From sequence record PQ493298: a stretch of DNA of 64,000 nt; one strand, written 5' to 3'. Each line of letters opens with the position of its first letter. Position 1 is the stretch's first letter. Under the pieces are notes generated by a model. It saw only the letters and a list, made by a program, of their open reading frames with translations, was not told the origin of the DNA and made no database searches. Below, one piece after another: positions 58,118-64,000 of the stretch. The translations under genes and the position numbers were made by a program. Source of the stretch: Escherichia phage EPIMAM01.

Positions 58118-58655
58118 TTACTATTTCCAAAAGTTTATTATTTTTAAGGTAATTAGCCTTTTCTAGGACTTCAGAAGCATATTTAGAACCTGCTTTAACA
58201 TTCCATCCCGAATTATAAGAGGATATTGCTTTTCTTATATCGCCCTTATGTATATTTAACCAATAAGAAAGTTCAATGTACGCCCAGGAAGCTGAATTGG
58301 ACCGTTTATTCAACATTCTTTTTATTTCAGCATCGGTCATATTATAACCAAGTTCCTTAACTCTTGCTCGCATAGTAGGCAAATAATTTTGGAACATTCC
58401 ATAGGCATGATGCTTTGGTTTAGATTTTAAATTAACTCCGGCAGAGCTTTCTTGCCATAAAATAGCAGCCATTATATGACCCAATCCGCTCTTGTGGATG
58501 TTTTTGTGTGTTTTATATTTTCCATCCTTAGAAAATTGTTCCCCGAATTGATATGCGTAGCGCATGTTATCGAGTTGGACATTACTGAAAGTATGCTCGG
58601 AGCTATGTGCCATCATTGAAATGGCCAATAGACCAGCGAGTAGTGCTTTTCTCAT
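58110..58655 (-). CDS. secreted lytic-transglycosylase-like protein
   Basis: Track ORF 181 aa; signal peptide; SLT motifs E-S, GMFQ and YNSG. Confidence 0.6.
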   Translation of the reverse strand: MRKALLAGLLAISMMAHSSEHTFSNVQLDNMRYAYQFGEQFSKDGKYKTHKNIHKSGLGHIMAAILWQESSAGVNLKSKPKHHAYGMFQNYLPTMRARVKELGYNMTDAEIKRMLNKRSNSASWAYIELSYWLNIHKGDIRKAISSYNSGWNVKAGSKYASEVLEKANYLKNNKLLEIVND

Positions 58656-58662
58656 GCTTACC

Positions 58663-59124
58663 TCATTGAGTTTTAATTACTGCTTTAGAAGCCTTTCCTG
58701 GTAAACGACGACTGTTGATAATTGCCATCCTGCATTGAAGCGACGGGTCTTTGAACTTCGCATTAGGTTTACAAACCGTAAATCCAAGCCAAAGATTTCC
58801 ATCTGTGATTTCTAAACGTCCAGGACGGTATTCAACCCCATCAATAAAATCCTCGTCAATATCAGGACGTGGAGGCATACTCAGGAATTCATTAACTTCT
58901 AAAACATGGTCTTTTATTTTGTGGAATAATTCAAAAACATATGTCTCATCAATCTCCCGTTGAATTGCACGATCAAGAAGATGCTGAGAATATTTTAGAT
59001 GAAACGATGAGACCCCTGCTGCTTTTGATGCCTCGCGAATCTCATTGTTAATTTGACGAAACTCCGACTCAAAGTGACGACGAAGCTTATTTCGACGGAT
59101 AAAAACTTCTGTGTTGATAGTCAT
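58663..59124 (-). CDS. regB: endoribonuclease RegB
   Basis: Track ORF 153 aa; matches T4 RegB. Confidence 0.88.
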   Translation of the reverse strand: MTINTEVFIRRNKLRRHFESEFRQINNEIREASKAAGVSSFHLKYSQHLLDRAIQREIDETYVFELFHKIKDHVLEVNEFLSMPPRPDIDEDFIDGVEYRPGRLEITDGNLWLGFTVCKPNAKFKDPSLQCRMAIINSRRLPGKASKAVIKTQ

Positions 59125-59151
59125 GTTATTCTCCTCTTAACTGATAGAAAA

Positions 59152-59181
59152 ATTATACCACAGTCAAGAGGAAAAGTAAAC
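59152..59181 (-). promoter_or_regulatory. T4-type early promoter
   Basis: GTTTAC, 18 nt, TATAAT. Confidence 0.55.
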
Positions 59182-59183
59182 AG

Positions 59184-59504
59184 TTATTCTTTAAATCTAA
59201 TCAATTTATTCATAGACTTTGAAACTTCTGCACGGACCTCATGTAGGTTTTTAAGCTGTTCAAGACGTTGCTCATAGTAAGCAATTTCATCTTCTTCAAG
59301 ACAGTCCTGTGAATCTTCTTTAAGATAACTTGCATAGTCCTGGAAAGCTTTACGGACTACTTCCTGGAAGTCATCAAGACTTTGAATTTTCTTAGGAGCA
59401 ACAGATACACGACGAGGGGCAGTATAATACTCATAACCAAACCCTGCGCTTAATTGAGCCATTAATATTTTTCCTCTGGTTGGAACACAGCACGACAAGC
59501 CCAC
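59184..59504 (-). CDS. hypothetical protein
   Basis: Track ORF 106 aa. Confidence 0.45.
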   Translation of the reverse strand: MGLSCCVPTRGKILMAQLSAGFGYEYYTAPRRVSVAPKKIQSLDDFQEVVRKAFQDYASYLKEDSQDCLEEDEIAYYEQRLEQLKNLHEVRAEVSKSMNKLIRFKE

Positions 59505-59764
59505 ATACTGGCTTCTTTGAGTTTCGTTTTAGCAATAGTTAACTGATCGAGGCTTTCAGCATAATTCTTCGCGAATTCACAGTCTTCACAATTATCTAGT
59601 GCTTCCCAGAATTCATCATATAAAGCGTCAAAGATAAGTCCTAAACGAACTTCGGCGTCTTTGATAGCATTCACTTTACCGATTTTCTCTTCAGTATGTG
59701 GCTTATAACCCTTAATGTCTTCAATCATATTTGACTTCCTCACCAGTACATAAATCATATTCAA
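59462..59764 (-). CDS. hypothetical protein at the vs.4 position (possible Acb2-like)
   Basis: Track ORF 100 aa, likely shorter from an internal ATG; assignment by synteny only. Confidence 0.35.
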   Translation of the reverse strand: MNMIYVLVRKSNMIEDIKGYKPHTEEKIGKVNAIKDAEVRLGLIFDALYDEFWEALDNCEDCEFAKNYAESLDQLTIAKTKLKEASMWACRAVFQPEEKY

Positions 59765-59942
59765 CTAAACGAATAGGTTCATGAATGCCATATCCTTGAA
59801 CAGAAATTTCTGTCGTAGGATAAATTCCACTAATATCACCCATATTCCACGCTTCATTAAATTGCTGTTCGCCTGAATTACTAAACCATTCGGCGAAAGC
59901 ATTTAACACATCTTTAGAACCTTCAATAATTATCTTTGCCAT
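59721..59942 (-). CDS. small hypothetical protein
   Basis: Track ORF 73 aa. Confidence 0.45.
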   Translation of the reverse strand: MAKIIIEGSKDVLNAFAEWFSNSGEQQFNEAWNMGDISGIYPTTEISVQGYGIHEPIRLVEYDLCTGEEVKYD

Positions 59943-60304
59943 TACAGACTCTCAGTAAAGGTACGAGCGATAACGTCGCGCTGCTGTTCCGGAGTCAGAG
60001 AGTTAAAGCGAACTGCATAACCGGATACACGGATGGTCAGCTGCGGATATTTTTCCGGATGCTTAACTGCATCTTCCAGAGTTTCACGACGCAGAACGTT
60101 AACGTTCAGGTGTTGACCACCTTCAATTTTAACTGTAGGTTGTGTTTCAATTTCAATTTCACGGGCATGCAAACCATAGAAAATTTCTGGATCTACAAAA
60201 GAGTCCTCTTTAAAGGTTTTAGAGACAATAATTCGTGCTTGAATACCATCTTCAAAATAAATAGTACCTTTATGTGTGCCTTCAAGAATTTGATATGCTT
60301 TCAT
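59942..60304 (-). CDS. autonomous glycyl radical cofactor (GrcA/YfiD-like)
   Basis: Track ORF 120 aa; C-terminus [29 protein letters not shown] carries the glycyl radical motif; locally GC-rich. Confidence 0.85.
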   Translation of the reverse strand: MKAYQILEGTHKGTIYFEDGIQARIIVSKTFKEDSFVDPEIFYGLHAREIEIETQPTVKIEGGQHLNVNVLRRETLEDAVKHPEKYPQLTIRVSGYAVRFNSLTPEQQRDVIARTFTESL

Positions 60305-60310
60305 ATAACC

Positions 60311-60691
60311 TCAATTAGAAAATAAATTTATCCAAGATTGTTCTTTAATTAAAAATGGCTCAGAATCATATGCCATCAAACTTTGGGTGATTAGTCCTTT
60401 AAAAGGTCCATCAATAAATTCCATGGTAAAATATGGAATTTTATTCATTAATCTTGCATTAGGAGCAGTGCACAAAACTCTGCATCCTTTGAATACGCCT
60501 TTTTGTAATTTGTATTGCTTAGGATAAAATTCGCTCAAGACGTTGTTATTTGCCAAAATTTCAAAATGATTCACCAATTTATTTTTAATAGTTTTTGGCG
60601 AAAAATAAAGATATTCGAAAAGTTGCGTGTCTGTCATCATTGCATCCCAATTACGAAAAACTGCGGACGAGTAATACCACCGATGCAGCAT
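60311..60691 (-). CDS. hypothetical protein
   Basis: Track ORF 126 aa. Confidence 0.45.
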   Translation of the reverse strand: MLHRWYYSSAVFRNWDAMMTDTQLFEYLYFSPKTIKNKLVNHFEILANNNVLSEFYPKQYKLQKGVFKGCRVLCTAPNARLMNKIPYFTMEFIDGPFKGLITQSLMAYDSEPFLIKEQSWINLFSN

Positions 60692-61227
60692 TTACTATTG
60701 CAACAGTATTGTACAGTTTCAATATGAATATCGTAAATTTTATCCATATCAGGAGATTTAACAGGCTCATCGATTATATACAGAATTCGAGAAAGCGTTA
60801 AACCTCTGAACTTGCTACCTCTATTACCAACAAAACTACGGACAGAATCAGTAAATAAACGGAATCGAATATCATCGCTAGAATAACGAGAAAATTCTTT
60901 TTTAATGTGGTCCGCAGAAATTTTAGCGTAAGATGAAGTATTAGAAAGAACAATAACTGTTCCACCGTCATACAACCAATTAGCAGCAAAGTTAGTCACA
61001 GCAATTGATTTACCGGATTGACGTCCACCATCTAGTCGAAGTGTGCAGTATTCTTTAAATAAATGTGGCGAATCAGGTACATAAAATCCACTATTACAAA
61101 TTTCTTCTACTCTAGCATCAGAATGGTGTGTAAAAGCATTCATCAGGGATAGATAAGGACCAGTTAAAAATGTTCTCATTTTGTTATCTCTAAATTTGGG
61201 CCATTCCATGGCGCATGAATTTTCCAT
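60637..61227 (-). CDS. putative P-loop NTPase
   Basis: Track ORF 196 aa; Walker A GGRQSGKS and Walker-B-like ILYIIDEP; start probably internal. Confidence 0.45.
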   Translation of the reverse strand: MENSCAMEWPKFRDNKMRTFLTGPYLSLMNAFTHHSDARVEEICNSGFYVPDSPHLFKEYCTLRLDGGRQSGKSIAVTNFAANWLYDGGTVIVLSNTSSYAKISADHIKKEFSRYSSDDIRFRLFTDSVRSFVGNRGSKFRGLTLSRILYIIDEPVKSPDMDKIYDIHIETVQYCCNSKCCIGGITRPQFFVIGMQ

Positions 61228-61741
61228 TTCTGTATTTACCCATTACCGCACTTGGGCTCGACCTTATTACAGGTTGGCGGGAATCCCTCATAGAATCATG
61301 AGGTCCAGCTTGTTCCCATGTTATTTGAATGTAAATATTTTTGCCGTAATACTTATACCAGTGTGGCTTCATTAAAATTTTTTCATAGAGTCGCTGTTGA
61401 CTCAATTTAATAGCTGATTTGCATGGATTATAATCATTTTTCCATTCTGCTGGAATATCGCTGATGTCAGGAACTTCAGTATCTTTTATACTAAACCCAC
61501 GTTTTAAGCATTCCATTATAATGTCTGATTGACGCTTTCGCAAAAATTCTAACTTATCGTAAAAGAACGTGACATGACCAGAACCTAAAATAAACTCGGA
61601 AGATATTTTAAAATCTTTAACCCGTTTACCATTTGCCACGTGTTTACGAACTATACCAAAAACACGTGGCAATTCACGGTATTCCGCAATTAAATGTTGG
61701 TCAGCAAGTTCAGATACTAAAGTCAAATTAATACGAGTCAT
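61190..61741 (-). CDS. denV: pyrimidine dimer DNA glycosylase (endonuclease V) with C-terminal extension
   Basis: Track ORF 183 aa; first 137 residues match T4 DenV, then about 45 extra low-complexity residues. Confidence 0.8.
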   Translation of the reverse strand: MTRINLTLVSELADQHLIAEYRELPRVFGIVRKHVANGKRVKDFKISSEFILGSGHVTFFYDKLEFLRKRQSDIIMECLKRGFSIKDTEVPDISDIPAEWKNDYNPCKSAIKLSQQRLYEKILMKPHWYKYYGKNIYIQITWEQAGPHDSMRDSRQPVIRSSPSAVMGKYRNGKFMRHGMAQI

Positions 61742-61798
61742 TTTATCTCTCCAAGTAACTGTGAATATACTATCACAATTCTAGGAGAAAATAAACTG

Positions 61799-62101
61799 TT
61801 ATTTACCTTTAATTACTTTAGCTGCTTCGATAGCCGCTTGCTGAAGGTCATCCATAGACATACCGAATTTAGAAGCAAAGTTATCAATTTTCTTTTCGAC
61901 AGCATTCAAAGGCTTGGCCTGTTTACCTTCATTAGCGCCAGGAAGAGCGAGAATACGCTCTTTGTCAATATAAAGGCTTACAAGTTTCTTACGGTCTTTA
62001 TCGGACAAATCGTGAAATGAATGGGCCTTTTTATTTATAGCGGCTTCTAATTTACCTGCACTCACTCGCGCTTCAGTAATAAATTCTTGATATGTTTTCA
62101 T
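61799..62101 (-). CDS. ipII: internal protein II
   Basis: Track ORF 100 aa; capsid targeting N-terminus MKTYQEFITEA. Confidence 0.85.
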   Translation of the reverse strand: MKTYQEFITEARVSAGKLEAAINKKAHSFHDLSDKDRKKLVSLYIDKERILALPGANEGKQAKPLNAVEKKIDNFASKFGMSMDDLQQAAIEAAKVIKGK

Positions 62102-62172
62102 ATGTTTCCTTTAAATATTTTAATTAGTAATTGTGAATATACTATCGCAGTTTTAGGAGAAAATAAACAACT

Positions 62173-62703
<531 letters not shown>

Positions 62704-63159
62704 TTAAAAGAGGTTGTTCATTATTCTGTAAAGTGAAGGACCCATCACATATTGCCACTGAGTACAAGGAATAAGAGCAAAAGCATCCATCTCTGGAATC
62801 ATAACACCATCTTTATTTTCAAAATAAGACTCACAATGGCAATTTCTAAACATCTCATGCTCTACTGGAATCGTATAATAAAATAGCTGTAAGTCTTTAT
62901 TACTAGAATATTTAAATACACCTAGGTCTTCTAGAAGGTCTGGATTATAATTACTAAAGCCAGTCTCTTCTAAACATTCTCTTTTTGCAGCTTCCAGTGC
63001 ATTCAAATCAGAACTTTCTACACGCCCCTTTGGAATATCCCAGCGATGTGCCATCATTCCAGGTTTACGAGAACCGGTAACTCGTCCCATAAATAAATCT
63101 TTATCTTCTGTCATAAAGATAATACCAGCTGATAATGTTTTCATTTTAATTTCCTGCAT
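62704..63159 (-). CDS. nudE: Nudix hydrolase
   Basis: Track ORF 151 aa; Nudix box GRVESSDLNALEAAKRECLEETG. Confidence 0.85.
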   Translation of the reverse strand: MQEIKMKTLSAGIIFMTEDKDLFMGRVTGSRKPGMMAHRWDIPKGRVESSDLNALEAAKRECLEETGFSNYNPDLLEDLGVFKYSSNKDLQLFYYTIPVEHEMFRNCHCESYFENKDGVMIPEMDAFALIPCTQWQYVMGPSLYRIMNNLF

Positions 63160-63629
63160 TCAGTGATAAAATTATTTAAATTTTGAGCATATTTCTTTTC
63201 ATCAAAAATCTTTTGTTGTTTGCGCATCCGCCATGGCATTTCAATGAACATGTACCATATTTCTGATAATATTGATGCTGTAAAAATATTAACAAGTATG
63301 GTTAAAAGAATCCAATCTCCTATTCTGTCCATTGGATTTTTTATAAAAAAGTAAAATACGAATGATGACACAGGAAGACTAATGATATACCACAGAATCA
63401 TAATCTTATCTGTGAACCATTCAGCATTCGTTAACTTAGCACGACCATTATGAATACACACGAATTTATCATCTGTTACAGTAGATGGCTTAACTGCTTG
63501 ATATCCCATTCTAAACTCCCTAATTAATCGTTTCTTTGTATCTTCAGAACAGCCGCTCCAGTCAACTCTATCAACTGAAATGCCATCGTCCCCATCATCT
63601 AAATCATACCAGTGAGTTTTTAAAATCAT
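63141..63629 (-). CDS. membrane protein
   Basis: Track ORF 162 aa; several hydrophobic helices. Confidence 0.5.
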   Translation of the reverse strand: MILKTHWYDLDDGDDGISVDRVDWSGCSEDTKKRLIREFRMGYQAVKPSTVTDDKFVCIHNGRAKLTNAEWFTDKIMILWYIISLPVSSFVFYFFIKNPMDRIGDWILLTILVNIFTASILSEIWYMFIEMPWRMRKQQKIFDEKKYAQNLNNFITECRKLK

Positions 63630-64000
63630 TTAATTTTCCTACAATCACTCACAAACTCTTCCATTGATTCTTTTTCAATATAAGACATATAGCTATTATA
63701 TTCCTTTAATTGTATTTTGTAATCCTTTTTTCTTTGCCAATTTATTTTAAAATTATCATAATGAAAATATAACATGGTACCAAAGAATGAAAATAATGAA
63801 ATTGCTATAGTATAATGAAGTTCACTCCAAACTTCTATTATATCTACTATACCGCTGACGTTACTGCGGATGTTTAAAATAAAACAGTCAATTAACAATC
63901 CAATAAAACTACCCGCAAGAGCTGCAGCCAATGCCACAGCAAAAATTAAAAATGACTCAGAAAAAGAATATTTGACTTTATTTAGTTTTGGCTTTTGCAT
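63626..64000 (-). CDS. membrane protein; ATG at window edge, may extend beyond it
   Basis: Track ORF 124 aa; hydrophobic helices; start codon is the last three bases of the window. Confidence 0.45.
   Translation of the reverse strand: MQKPKLNKVKYSFSESFLIFAVALAAALAGSFIGLLIDCFILNIRSNVSGIVDIIEVWSELHYTIAISLFSFFGTMLYFHYDNFKINWQRKKDYKIQLKEYNSYMSYIEKESMEEFVSDCRKIK

Overview
This window is the early-gene arm of a T4-like (T-even, Tequatrovirus-type) coliphage, running from rIIA to lysozyme e, nudE and the membrane ORFs beyond. Almost every gene is on the minus strand and tightly packed, with frequent ATGA/TAATG stop-start overlaps. Recognisable genes in order are: rIIA, a fused topoisomerase gene 39, dexA, dda, srd, modA/modB, soc, 56, 61, sp, dmd, 41, 40, uvsX, a GT-A glycosyltransferase, 42, imm, 43, regA, 62, 44, 45, rpbA, 46, 47, a-gt, 55, nrdH, nrdG, nrdD, 49, nrdC, a long block of nrdC-distal ORFs, rI, tk, regB, a GrcA-like gene, denV, ipII, e and nudE. 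All identifications rest on reading motifs, lengths and synteny against what I remember of T4; no database search was run. Gene 39 is a single 606-aa ORF and nrdD a single 605-aa ORF, and I found no homing-endonuclease (mob/seg) genes. About 14 T4-type early promoters (GTTTAC, 18 nt, TATAAT-like) and about 12 UUCG/GAAG-tetraloop hairpins punctuate the region, together with the gene 43 translational operator hairpin and late and middle promoter boxes. The most interesting candidates are: (1) a self-contained early operon with its own promoter and terminator encoding two paralogous proteins, a multi-TM protein and a 337-aa Pol-beta-type nucleotidyltransferase; (2) a macro-domain protein next to tk; (3) a 54-aa ORF upstream of primase carrying an internal-protein capsid-targeting N-terminus; (4) a host-like GrcA segment; (5) a GT-A glycosyltransferase where T4 carries beta-gt. 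I cannot tell from sequence alone whether the uncharacterised ORFs already have T4 orthologues.
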